From positions 21,736-85,735 of the forward strand of contig NW_021833048.1 of NCBI RefSeq assembly GCF_006345805.1: a stretch of DNA of 64,000 nucleotides, read 5' to 3'. The notes below the pieces were generated by a model that was not told the DNA's origin, did not search any database, and saw only the letters and a program-made list of their open reading frames with translations. This DNA comes from Octopus sinensis. Its lineage: Eukaryota. Below are positions 15,189 through 27,789 of this stretch, piece after piece (position 1 is the stretch's first letter; every line of letters begins with the position of its first letter). The position numbers and the translations under genes are program-made.

Positions 15189-15504
15189 GCTAACGTCAGT
15201 TAGTGGACTGACCACTAGAATTATGGAAGCAGGCAGACAACACGGCCAGAGGGAAAAGAAAGACAACGTCCCACACCCTACAACTCTCACTAGCTCTAAA
15301 TTTTGTTCTCTTAGAACATCATTCTATCTCTCTCTGTATTTACTACTAAACAATGAAGAGGACACAAACACAAACTTTACTTCGCATTTCTTTTGGATTT
15401 ATCAAAACCTGCTCGTTGAGGCAAGGTATTGTAACGTAACGGTAAATAAATACTTTCTTAAAACTTCATGCATTGTCTATCCTTCACATCCTACAGTAAG
15501 CAAT

Positions 15505-15930
15505 ATTAACATCAAGCATTTGTCTTATGAAGAAAGGCTGAAGACGCTCGACCTTTATTCTCTAGAAAAACGACGATGCCATGGTGATCACATTCTCGCT
15601 CACAACATCATAAGCGGAAAGTGTAACCTCTCGAAAGAGCTGTTCTTCACTCCTGCTCCAGAGTGTCGGCTGTGGGGTCACTCCGAAAAGCTCTATCTGC
15701 GACAATTTCATCTCAATCGAAGGAGAGGGCCTTTCTCCGTCCGGGTTGTGGATCCGTGGAATAAGCTGCCGGACGAGATGGTGAAGATGCCGACGACCGC
15801 TCGGTTCAAAATCTCTCTTGACCAGAAATGGCCTGAACTCTTTGCATGAATACCCCTGTACATAACTCCATGTCCCCCTAAATGGCCTTGCTTTTCGTTT
15901 TTTGAGCCCCAAATTAACTTAACTTAACAA
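15505..15930 (+). mobile_element. CR1-group LINE, 3' end (relic)
   Basis: HLSYEERLKTLDLYSLEKRR..GD...RGPFSVRVVDPWNKLP...FKISLD, followed by a short (TTAAC)n tail. Confidence 0.85.
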
Positions 15931-16045
15931 ATTTCTTATCGTCACACCAGCTGACTCCGTTGTGGTGCACCTGAGCACTGTATACAATAATTTCATTGTT
16001 ATTATATCATAATAATGTTTACTAATCAATATCTGCCGTTACTAC

Positions 16046-16412
16046 TGGATGGAAGCACTCCGTCGGTTACGACGATGAGGGTTCCGGTTGATCCGAATCA
16101 ACGGAACAGCCTGCTCGTGAAATTAACGTGTAAGTGGCTGAGCACTCCACAGACACGTGTACTTTTAATGTAGTTCTCGGGGAGATTCAGCGTGACACAG
16201 AGAGTGACAAGGCCGGCCCTTTGAAATACAGGTACAACAGAAACAGGAAGTAAGAGTGAAAGAAAGTTGTGGTGAAAGACTACAGCCGGAGCCTCATGGA
16301 GCTTTTAGGTGTTTTCGCTCAATAAACACTCACAACGCCCGGTCTGGGAATTGAAACCACGATCCTATGACCACGAGTCCGCTGCCCTAACCACTGGGCC
16401 ATTGCGCCTCCA
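16046..16412 (-). mobile_element. tRNA-derived SINE family C
   Basis: Minus-strand head GTGGAGGCGCAATGGCCCAGTGG (A box) and GTTTCAATTCC (B-box-like). A near-identical copy lies at 51174-51547 and a variant at about 40230-40530. Confidence 0.8.
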
Positions 16413-17082
16413 CGCCGTTACTACTACACTGTATTGTACTCTACATTGGATAATTTAGTCCGAGATACACTTTGGCTAAATAAACGAAGGAATACTCAGG
16501 TTGGAGGGTCACCTGGATCGTGAATGACCTAGGGTTAAACAACAGCAATAATAGCAAGGAAGTGAACATTGAATTGTATAGTCCTAGATAAACTGTGGTT
16601 GATTAAAATTTGGGATGCTTGCAACATGAACATCTTTGATTATAGATCTGTTGGATCAGGGCTGAGCTGGGGCTGAACAATAATCACAAGGAGGTGCACA
16701 TTTGATAAGGTAGTCCAAGGTACACTGAGGCTGAATAAAAGATGGGGTGGTCACAACGAGAAGACCTCTGATCATAGATCTATTGGATCAGAACTGACTC
16801 GGGGTTAAACAACAGTCACAAGGGAGAAGACATATGATAAGGTAGTCCAAGGTACACTGTGACTGAATAAAAGATAGGGCTTGGTTAAAGGTTGATAGGT
16901 TACCAACCTTTACACCCCCCCACTGACCCAGGAGAATAAAAAGGATCTGTCTGAAGGAATGAGAGTAATGGAGAATTCTTTAATTAAGAAATACAGGTAT
17001 TTCCTCACCTGTAAATCAAATTGGAAATTGCTTGCTTAAAAAGTCTTCAACATTCCTTGTACAATAATAATAATTGTTAGTT

Positions 17083-17113
<31 letters not shown>

Positions 17114-17857
17114 TGTGTGTGTGTGAGTATGTGTGTGTGAGTGTGTGTGTGTGTGTGTGTGAGTGTGTGTGTATGTGTGTGTGTGTGTGTATATGTGTGT
17201 GAATGTGTATGTGTATGTGAGTGTGTGTGAGTGTGTGTGTATGTGTGTATGTGTTTGTGTGTGTGTGTGTGTGAGTGTGTGTGTGTGTCTGAGAGTGTGT
17301 GTATGTAATATGTGTGAGTGTGTGTGTGTAAGTGTGTGTATGTAATGTGTATGTGTGAGTGTGTTTGAGTGTGTGTGTATGTAATATGTGTGAGTGTGTA
17401 TGTAATGTGTGTGTGTGAGTGTGTGTGTGTGTGTAAGTGTGTGTCTGCGGGTGTGTGGGTGTGTGAGTGTGTATGTAATATGTGCGTGTGTATATGTGTG
17501 TGTGTCTGCAAGTATGGCCGTGTGAGTAAGAAGTTTGTTTTGCAACCACATATCTATTCAAGTTTATTCCCACAGTTTGAAAACTGGTGTCAGTTTGATT
17601 AACCGCCCACCTCCCCCCAACAGAAACAACAGAATAAGTCTGAGACTTAATTTTTAACCAGCGCAAGAAGCAAACGATCAATCAGTTTGCTGAATAGATA
17701 TCGAACAAATTGTCTAACAATAAAGAAGTGAGATTGAACCAGCGTGAGTGTGTTATTGGTGTAATGACCCTCCCAGGGCACAAGACTTAATAAGTATTCT
17801 TAACAATTTCATCGATTGACCTGTCATAACGATTCTGCCAGCTCGCCGCCTTAATAA

Positions 17858-18652
17858 TAACAAGAGCACTCAGAGAGTGCAGACCTCCGCCAAGGCAACA
17901 CCAACGTCCTCTCGACGATTTGCCAGAGATGGTTTTCAAAGTGAGAATATCTGAAATAAACTCGACTGCTCTTACAAACGAGGATACTAAAAATGAACCC
18001 GATTGCTCTCAGAAATTAAATAAGAAAAAAAAAAAAAAAACTCTCTCTCTTTTACTCTTTTACTTGTTTCAATCATTTGACTGCGGCCATGCTGGAGCAC
18101 CGCCTTTTACTCGAGCAACTCGACCCCGGGACTTATTCTTTTGTAAGCCCAGTACTTATTCTATCGGTCTCTTTTGCCGAACCGCTAAGTGACGGGGACA
18201 TAAACACACCAGCATCGGTTGTCAAGCAATGTTGGGGGACAAACACAGATACACAAACACACACACGCATATATATATATATATATATATACATATATAC
18301 AACGGGCTTCTTTCAGTTTCCGTCTACCAAATCCACTCACAAGGCTTTGGTCGGCTCGAGGCTATAGTAGAAGACACTTGCCCAAGGTGCCATGCAGTGG
18401 GACTGAACCCGGAACCATGTGGTCAGTAAGCAAGCTACTTACCACACAGCCACTCCTGCGCCTGGAAAAATAATCCAGAATGCTTGTCCGGTACCGGATC
18501 GATCCCCAAAATCTAACCAGTTCGTGCCAGCCATGGGACCAAACATCCCTGAAAGTGTCATCTGAATCCATCCAGCGGTTCTTGAGATATCTTGTCTACG
18601 GACAAACAAAACAAACAATCCCTCCACCCTAAGGCGGGGCGGAGGTAATAAT
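17858..18652. mobile_element. Helentron/HINE-like element split by a SINE
   Basis: acctccgccaagg near the left end and ggcggaggtaat at the right end. The internal tccatccagcggttcttgagatatcttg..acaaacaa segment recurs at about 26725-26830. Confidence 0.5.
18045..18462 (-). mobile_element. SINE family A, full length
   Basis: Consensus match; inserted into an older element spanning 17858-18652. Confidence 0.85.
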
Positions 18653-19141
18653 CATCATCATCATCATCATCATCGTTTAACGTCCGTTCTCCATGCTAGC
18701 ATGGATTGGACGGTTCGACCGGGGATCTGGGAAGCCAGGAGGCTGCACCAGGCTCCAGTCTTATCTGGCAGTGTTTCTACAGCTGGATGCCCTTCCTAAC
18801 GCCAACCACTCTGTGAGTGTAGTGGGTGCTTTTTATGTGCCACCGGCACAGGTGCCATATGAGGCTGGCAACGGCCACGGTTGGACTGGTGCATTTTACG
18901 TGCCACCGGTACGGAAGCCAGTCGAGGCGGCGCTGGCATCGGCCACGATTCGGATAATGGATTCAAATTTTGGCACCAGACCAGCAATTTTTAGAAATTG
19001 GCGGTTAGTTGTTATGATCGAAGAATTATGGGTCGAAGGCAAACAGTTTCATATAATTTAAAGAATTAATAAAATCGTTTGATGAGTTTATCCTTAGATG
19101 TGTTCTTACATCTTGCAAGAAGGAAACCAATTCTATGAATG

Positions 19142-19818
19142 GGTACTATTTAAGAAGAGTGGTCCCGGTGCGCGCACTTGCGCTAGCTAGTCGTGACTAG
19201 TCGATCCTTACTTTGTTTTTGTGTTTTATTTACTTTGCTTAAAAAAATTATTTACTTTGTGTCATCTTTTCGGTTTGAACGGCAGTTTTTAACATAATTC
19301 CCACGTAACTAAACACTTTTAAACTTCGTATATTGGTAGAATGTGTTTATAAAACATCTTTTTCTCTTGGCTTTATTGAGAAAAATTTAATAGGTTATAA
19401 GATATTTGTTGTTTATTTTCTTCAATTTCTGCAATTTCAACCAATCAATGACCGTCCATTGAGGTAAAAAGCATTCTGTGCCGTATGAATATGTCCCTCG
19501 TTTAAGAAACAGATTGGGTTTATTTACATTTGTGAAGAAAAAAAAAGATACCCTTTCCCCCACCCCTAACCCTAAAATAGATTGAAATGCAATAGATCGA
19601 TACTAGGGTCATAATTATGGGTGACAATTTCATATGACACCGCTAGAAAAAAACTGCCGTTCAAACCGAAAAGATCCACTTTGTGTAAAAAAATAATTTA
19701 TTTTGTGTTTTATTTACTTTGTTAGGTAGTCATTGCAGGATCGACTAATCACGACTAGCTATCGCGGATGCACGAGTATGCGAGTGCGCGCACCGGACCA
19801 CTCTTCTTAAATAGTACC
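19142..19818. mobile_element. MITE (GGTACT termini, 9-bp TSD ctatgaatg) carrying a nested MITE
   Basis: TIR ggtactatttaagaagagtggtcc...gtgcgcgcact at both ends; ctatgaatg at 19133-19141 and 19819-19827. Confidence 0.85.
19262..19677. mobile_element. Nested MITE (GGATCTTTTC termini, 8-bp TSD actttgtg)
   Basis: TIR atcttttcggtttgaacggcagttttt; actttgtg at 19254-19261 and 19678-19685. A related copy lies at 29766-30114. Confidence 0.8.
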
Positions 19819-19928
19819 CTATGAATGTTTCTTAGGTGCAGCGTAGCAATCGAGATTGTTTGTGTTTATACGTGTATCCATCTACCCCAAACTTAACGCA
19901 CACCCGAACACATATAGGAAACATATAC

Positions 19929-20088
19929 AGGCGCAGGAGTGGCTGTCTACCAACCACATAGTTCCGGGTTCAGTCCCACAGTGTGGCACCTTGGGCAAGT
20001 GTCTTCTACTATAGCCTTGGGCTGACCAAAGCCTTGTGAGTGGATTTGGTAGACGGAAACTGAAAGAAGCCCGTTGTATATATGTATG

Positions 20089-20119
<31 letters not shown>

Positions 20120-20318
20120 TTGTGTGTCTGTGTTTGTCCCCTAGCATTGCTTGACAACCGATGCTGGTGTGTTTATGTCCCCGGTTCGGCAAAAGAGACC
20201 GATAGAATAAGTACTGGGCTTACAAAAGAATAAGTGCCGGGGTCGAGTTGCTCGACTAAAGGCGGTGCTCCAGCATGGCCGCAGTCAAATGACTGAAACA
20301 AGTAAAAGAGTAAAAGAG
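19929..20318 (+). mobile_element. SINE family A, full length
   Basis: Consensus match with head and (AAAAGAGT)n tail. Confidence 0.85.
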
Positions 20319-20566
20319 AGGGTAGGATAAAAATTACAGGAATTTTTTCTACTAGTGGCCAAGCATGCAGAAAGTAGGCAATAGACTATATATTATTTAT
20401 ATAAAATTGACCCTTCGAAATTACCCCTAGCCGTGGTTTGGATTTTGACTGGTCCTTCTAGCATGCTAGGTGTCCTGTCAACGCACCTCTCATATGTTTA
20501 AATGTACGCTAATTATATATATAGGAATATTATAACATTCTTACACACAGATAAATATACACACGT

Positions 20567-20601
<35 letters not shown>

Positions 20602-20608
<7 letters not shown>

Positions 20609-21390
20609 ATGTATGATAGATGCAGTCAATTCATTCTCTCTTACCTGTTGTGTCTGCCTTCCAAATGCTGTTTTTACTGAGATCTCCCTTTTTAGTAGAA
20701 GAAATAGCTATAACCCTTTGACTGCTATTTCTAAATTCGGTATGTGGTAAGGCAACTCGTTGCTAAACCCTTATTGCTTAGTATTACTTAAATTTTCCTC
20801 GAATGAGGCTTTTACATGCCGAAGACTACTTGGTGTAATTGATAATTTTTCCAAATAATTAATTTCACCCTTCATTATTACGGATAACCATATTTTATCT
20901 CAGTAGATGACCACAGCATCTTGTTTTGGCTACACGCGGGTGGGAAGGGGCTGTTGACACAATCGTTTCATTCACAAATTGAATTCGGTGATACCAGTTG
21001 CGGATTCTAGCTCGCTCTGATACTGAGTGGAGTTGGTGCCTTCTGGTATCTCAAAATTCAATATATATCTCATTTATGATTATAGTATTCTACGCTGAAG
21101 AGAAAAGAAGTTTCGGTAAGATAGAATTATTTATTATTTATATTTAATATTTAATTCTTATGCTTTCCTTAAAACTTGATTTCGAAACGTACGTCCGTGG
21201 ATAACTAAAAAAATGTATGATAGATTGCAGTCAATTCATTCTCTCTTACCTGTTTGTGTCTGCCTTCTAAATGCTGTTTTTACTGAGATCTCCCTTTTTA
21301 GTAGAAGAAATAGCTATAACCCTTTGACTGCTATTTCTAAATTCGGTATGTGGTAAGGCAACTCGTTGCTAAACCCTTATTGCTTAGTAT
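20602..21390. mobile_element. Penelope-like element relic (partial tandem pseudo-LTR), inferred
   Basis: About 185 bp at 20602-20787 is directly repeated at about 21205-21390 and brackets the hammerhead. It is flanked by (TA)n, and a related fragment lies at about 27150-27330. Confidence 0.5.
21091..21194 (+). ncRNA. Type I hammerhead ribozyme motif with canonical core (Penelope-like element type)
   Basis: acg-CTGAAGA-G...long AT-rich stem II...C-GAA-ACGT-A-cgt. Stem I is acg/cgt; stem II includes gaaa/tttc, aagttt/aaactt and a tagaatt/aattctta segment; stem III is the palindrome ACGT; the cleavage triplet is GUA. Confidence 0.7.
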
Positions 21391-21452
21391 ATATTATATA
21401 TATATTCATATATATATATATATCCATCCTCTCTCTATATATATATATACAT

Positions 21453-21541
<89 letters not shown>

Positions 21542-21699
21542 ACAAGGTAAAGTTTTTTTTTTTATGTACTTCGAAATTTGCTATAAAATTGTGGTTTTTT
21601 GCCCGTGTTTGGCTGCTATTTCCAGCATGTAAAAATTACCTGTTAAAGGGTAATTGTCTATTTTGAAATACGTATGTATATATGTGTATATATAACTAT

Positions 21700-22430
21700 T
21701 ATAAACACTCGTTAACACACATACAGACACGCAAGCATATACACTCAAACACGAACACACATATATACAGATCCATACATGCACGCACACACACACAAAA
21801 ATAGAAAAGCACACGCACGCACACACACAGACACACACATTTACACACACACACCTTCACACACGCACGCGCGCACACACAAACATTCACACAATTAGAC
21901 GCCTTCACACACGCACGCACATACAGACACTCACACCTTCATACATGAATGCACACACACACACACAGAGTCACTCACACTTTCACACACGCACGCACAC
22001 ACACATTCACACACGCACACCTTCATACATGAATGCACACACATACACTTACACCTTCACACATGCACGCACATACACAGAGACACTCACCCACGAACGC
22101 ACGCACACACAGACACTCACACATTCACACACTCACATCTTTACACACGCACGCACACACACAGACACACATCTTCACACACGCACGCACACACACACTG
22201 ACACTCACACATTCACACTCACATCTTCACACACACACTGACACTCACATCTTCACACACAGACACTCACAAACACACACCTTCACACACGCACGCACAC
22301 ACAGACACACTCACACCTTCACACACAGACATTCACACCTTCACATACGCACGCACACACACACAGACACTCACACACACAGACACTCTTTCACTCACAC
22401 CTTAACGCACGCACTCACACTCATCCCTCC
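21700..22430. repeat. Compound CA-rich satellite immediately upstream of the CKAP2-like promoter
   Basis: Recurrent ttcacacacgcacgcacacacagacac units. A TG-rich counterpart lies at about 17080-17510. Confidence 0.85.
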
Positions 22431-22454
22431 CTTCCCTGCATTCACTCATATTTA

Positions 22455-22510
22455 AACTGACCAATCAGAATCCCGCATTTCAAAATCGCGCTGAAACCAA
22501 CATTTTTGAA
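22455..22510 (+). promoter_or_regulatory. Candidate cell-cycle (NF-Y/CHR) promoter of the CKAP2-like gene
   Basis: ctgaCCAATcag at 22461-22465, TCCCGC at 22471-22476, TTCAAA (reverse CHR) at 22479-22484 next to TCGCGC, and TTTGAA at 22505-22510. All lie within about 70 bp of the ATG at 22529. Confidence 0.6.
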
Positions 22511-22528
22511 AACCCGAAACCCAACAGA

Positions 22529-22556
22529 ATGGAAGCTGAAGACAAACGGAAAAGTG
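22529..22556 (+). CDS. CKAP2: CKAP2-like, exon 1 (MEAEDKRKS)
   Basis: ATG at 22529 followed by donor GTgagt at 22557. Phase 1 matches exon 2, and promoter-like motifs lie directly upstream. Confidence 0.7.
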
Positions 22557-23285
22557 GTGAGTTTTTATCGAAAAACCAAAGCAAAACAAACACCATTTCA
22601 CCTGTCTTTTAATGAATTTATTTACTTTGAAACACCTAAGATTTCCGATCTAATCTTACATTATAAATTCTCGTTCCTTCTTTGCTAAATTTCCCCAGTT
22701 TATTAATATATACAGGGTATAAGTACACAAGCGGGCCCCACCGATTTGTTTCTTTATAATTTTATAGAAAAAATGATATTTTTTTAATGAAATTTGTTAC
22801 AAGTATTTTTCAGATGGTTTAGATTATTGTTATAACGTTAATATAATGAATGGGTAAGACCTTGGGCAAGTGTCTTCTACTATAGCCTTGGGCCGACTAA
22901 AGCCTTGTGAGTGGATTTGGTAGACGGAAACTGAAAGAAGCCCGTGGTATATATGTATATATATGTATGTATGTGTGCATGTTTGTGTGTCTGTGTTTGT
23001 TCCCCCTAGCATCGCTTGACAACCGATGCTGGTGTGTTTACGTCCCCGTCACTTAGCGGTTCGGCAAAAAGAGACCGATAGAATACGTACTGGGCTTACA
23101 AAAGAATAAGTCCCGGGGTCGATTTGCTCGACTAAAAAAAAGGCGGTGCTCCAGCATGGCCGCAGTCAAATGACTGAAACAAGTAAAAGAGTAATGGGCA
23201 TGTCGATATTCATACTGACACACATAACACTTTTTTCATGCCTTATCATCTTCTTCCTCTTTCGATTGTTAGCCGTGGCATCTGA

Positions 23286-23316
<31 letters not shown>

Positions 23317-23734
23317 TCAGATGCTTACGGCTAAAAAATCATCCATGTATATATATATATATCGGTAAATGTTTTTGATTTTCACTCTCGATAAGTTTAT
23401 CCCCTTTTTGTGTCCCCAGCACTTGGCATCCTTATTTAGGAGCCCTTAATTATATTTCTACATGAATAATATTTTGTCTAATGACTAATTCGTCCTTTGT
23501 GCTGGGCCACTGGTAGTAATCTATATTACTACCCTTTTTGTTTATATTCGCATATATATATATATTATATGTATAGGATGATACAAATATTTAACGAAGC
23601 ACTGTCTCTCTTTTTCTCTCTATCAACCTACCTCGACATTGTTTCCTCATAGCTTAAAAAAAATGACATATTTTTAATGAAATTCCGTTTGGGCATAGCT
23701 TTGTGGCGGGCTCTGATAAGGAGGATTGATGTAT

Positions 23735-23966
23735 GGTACTCCTAGCGAACAGTGGTCCCGGTGCGCGCACTCGCACATCAGCGCCAGCTAGTCGTAAGTA
23801 GTCGATCCTACAACGACCTTTTAACCCTAAACCTAATCCTAATTTTTTAGCCCTAACCTTAGTTTGTTTATAAAAATAATCTAAAAATTGTAGGATCGAC
23901 TACTTACGACTAACTAGGGAGGATGCGTAAGTGCGCGCACTGGGACCACTGTTCGCTTGTAGTACC
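23735..23966. mobile_element. MITE (GGTACT termini, 8-bp TSD tgatgtat)
   Basis: Long imperfect TIRs; tgatgtat at 23727-23734 and 23967-23974. Same family as 19142-19818. Confidence 0.85.
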
Positions 23967-26119
23967 TGATGTATTTTATTGATTTTTTTTTTATATCTTT
24001 GTATGATTGATTTTGTGAACTAATCGTTAATTATAAAAGAAACGTTGTATTCGAGGGTTTGTTGGTCGGTGCGCGCCGACCCCCCTCTCATCTGTATTAT
24101 TTTGTTTCATTTCATCTCATCTTGTCTGTGTTCAGCCCACAAGCTTCTTCTGTGTAAGGCCTATATGACCAATCTTCATGAAATAAAGAAGTGTGTTTCC
24201 ATCCAACCACATGGTTCCATTCCACTGCATTGCATAGGCCTCTTCTATAACCCCGGGCCGACAAAAACCTCGAATGGATTTGTTTGACGGAAACCGATCG
24301 TATATGATGATCGAAATTTAGCCATATATACATATATGTAACCACAAATGAATCGTTGGCGATTTTTCCCCCTCCGCCTTCCTTTTCTCTTGGACTTTCC
24401 TCTGTCTCCCGTTTCTGAAGAAGAACTTTGCTCGGAACGTAAAACCGCCTTTTTTTTTCCTTCCCCGAATGTCTGTTAATACTTTGCATGTTCCACGTCC
24501 TCACGTTACTCTTTTACTCGTTTCAGTCGTGTGACTGTGGCCATGCTGCAGCACCGCTTTTAGTCGAACTAATCGACCCCGGGACTTATTCTTTGTAAGC
24601 CTAGTATTTATTCTATCGGGCTCTTTTTGCCGAACCGCTAATTTATGGGGACGTAAACACACCAGCGTCGGTTGTCAAGTGATGTTGGGAGGACAAACAC
24701 AGACACACAAACATACACACACGCACATACACATTGATTTTTTGGATATCTTTGTATAATTGTATATATACGACGGGCTTCTTTCAGTTTCCGTCTACCA
24801 AATCCACTCAAGGCTTTGGTCGGCCCGAGGCTATAGCAGAAGACATTTGCCCAAGATGCCACACATTGGGACTGAACCCGGAACCATGTGGTTGGTAAAC
24901 AAGCTACTTACCACACAGACACTCTTACACCTACATAATTAATACTTAATTAATTCAATACATCATCATTATCGTCATCACCATTTAACATCCGAGTGGT
25001 TGGCGTTAGGAAGGGCATCCAGCCGTAGAAAAACTGCCAGATCTGACTGGGCCTGACGAAGCCTTCCAGCTTCACAGACCCCAGTTGACCCGTCCAACCC
25101 ATGCTAGCATGGAAAGCGGACGCTAAACGATGATGATGATGATGATGATGTCCATGATGGCATGGGTTGGATGGTTTGACCAGGGCTTGGAGGCTGCACC
25201 AGACTCCAGTTCGATTTGGCATGGTTTTTCTACTGCTGGATGCCCTTCCTAATGCCAACCACTCCAAGAGTGTAATGGGTGCTTTTACTTCCCACTGCCA
25301 CGACCACGATTTCTCTTACCTTGGTGGGTCTTCTCAACCACGGCATAATGCCAAAGGCTTTGGTCATTTGTCATTGCCTCGGTGAGGCCAACACTTCAAA
25401 GGTGCTTTTTATGTGCCACTGGCATCGGCCACCTTGCCTATCCACGTTTAATGTCTGTTTTCTATGCTGGCATGGGTTGGATGGTCTGACAGGAGCTAGT
25501 CAGGCCAGGGCCACACCTGGCTCCGTTGTCTGTTCTGGCATGGTTCCTTTCTATGGCTTGTTGCCCTTCCTAATGCCAACCACTTTACAGAGTGGACTGG
25601 GTGCTTTTAACGTGGCCCCCATCACTGACAGGATCACCAAAGTACCTTGCAAGACAAAAAAAAAACCCTCAGCTAGGAGCAGGGAGTAGTACTGAATGGG
25701 TGTGGCTTTGTGCCAATTGTGGAATTTCAGGTACAGTGGGGACAGGTAGGTGTCTTGCTGTGGTGTGGACACATGGGTATCCCAGCTAGGAAATGAAAGA
25801 GGGTGAGATGGAGAGTAAAATAAAGGGGGCGGTAGTGAGAGACATGGTGACAGAGGTGTGTTGGGACATTGGGGGTGGTAAGCAGGGATGTGGGGTCGAA
25901 ACAAAAAAATTTGACTCTTGACTCCTCTACTATTGGGACCTCTGACTCCACTTTATGTAATTAAGTGATTGTGGTCTACATATCTCAAAGCATATGAATA
26001 TACTTGTACTTTGAGTCGGCCTATATGTTATAACTGGCTTATATTGAAGAATTAAGATATTGTGAGTCAGTCAGTATAGTTTTACTGACTCTGACTCCAG
26101 CTACCCTTTCATTGTTTCT

Positions 26120-26721
26120 GACTCCAACTATGACTCTGACTTCATGACTCCAACTATTACTCCAACTTCACGACTCCAACTATTACTCTGACTTCACGAC
26201 TCCGACTTCACGACTCCAACTATGACTCCGACTTCACAACTCCAACTATGACTCCGACTACACAACTCAACTATGACTCCGACTACACAACTCTAACTAT
26301 GACTCCGACTACACAACTCTAACTATGACTCCGACTTCACAACTCCAACTATGACTCCGACTACACAACTCTAACTATGACTCCGACTACACAACTCTAA
26401 CTATGACTCCGACTACACAACTCTAACTATGACTCCGACTACACAACTCTAACTATGACTCCGACTTCACAACTCTAACTATGACTCCGACTACACAACT
26501 CTAACTATGACTCCGACTACACAACTCTAACTATGACTCCGACTACACAACTCTAACTATGACTCCGACTACACAACTCTAACTATGACTCCGACTTCAC
26601 AACTCCAACTATGACTCCGACTTCACGACTCCAACTATGACTCCGACTACACGACTCCAACTATGACTCCGACTACACGACTCCAACTATGACTCCGACT
26701 ACACAACTCCAACTATGACTC
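26120..26721. repeat. 26-bp minisatellite (CTATGACTCCGACTACACAACTCTAA)n
   Basis: Period of 26 measured at 26401-26426; about 20 units, decaying at the left edge. Confidence 0.92.
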
Positions 26722-27113
26722 CTTGTCTGTGCCAGTCATGAAGCCAAACATCCCTGAAAGTTTGATCCGAATCCACCCAGCAGTTCTTGGGATATGTTGT
26801 CCACAGACAAACAAACAAATATGACTGAAAACAATGATGGTTTCTTAATGATTCCCCCTCTCTCTCCCCCTAACCCCCTGATGTTACTTTTCACCTTTTT
26901 TTTTGTCATTATTCTTTTCCCTAACAGTGTTCCTACTCTTTCCCAACAATAAGCCTGAACAACACCAATGGACCCTAACAAATTCCAGAAGGCTTTGGTC
27001 AACCGGAGACCATAATGGAAGACACTTGCCCAAGGTGCCACGCAGTGGGACTGAACCCTCATCCATGTGGTTGGGAAGCAAGCCACTTACCACACAGCCA
27101 CTCCATATATATT

Positions 27114-27152
<39 letters not shown>

Positions 27153-27374
27153 CTTAATAAATATGTACTTAGAGGAAATAGCTAACGGTTTTTGGCTGCT
27201 ATTTCTAAACTTCGGTATGTGGTAAAGCAAATCTTTACTGAACCCTAATTAATAAGTATTACTTAAGTTTACCATGAAATGGTCCCTTTTTCATGCCGAA
27301 TTCTACTTGGTGAAATTATTGATTACTTGTTAACTAATTAATTTTACCCTTTGTTATTATTGATACATATATAT

Positions 27375-27781
27375 AGGCGCAGGATTGGCTGTGTAGTAAG
27401 TAGCTTGCTAACCAACCACATGGTTCCGAGTTCAGTCCCACTGAGTAGCATCTTGGGCAAGTGTCTTCTGCTATAGCCCCAGGCCGACCAATGCCTTGTG
27501 AGTGGATTTGGTAGACGGAAACTGAAAGAAGCCCGTCGTATATATGTATATATATGTATGTATGTGTGTGTATGTGTTTGTGTGTCAGTGTTTGTCCCCC
27601 TAGCATTGCTTGACAACCAATGCTGGTGTGTTTACGTCCCCGTAACTTAGCAGTTCGGCAAAACATACCGATAGAATAAGTACTGGGCTTACAAAGAATA
27701 AGTCCCAGGGTCGATTTGCTCGACTAAAAGGCGGTGCTCCAGCATGGCCGCAGTCAAATGACAGAAACAAGTAAAAGAGTA
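27375..27781 (+). mobile_element. SINE family A, full length
   Basis: Consensus match. Further copies at about 22858-23192(+), 24510-24930(-), 34815-35215(-), 36325-36990(-, interrupted), 38905-39570(-), 42680-43455(+), 49475-49830(-), 49998-50400(+) and 55281-55620(+). Confidence 0.85.
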
Positions 27782-27789
27782 TATATATA

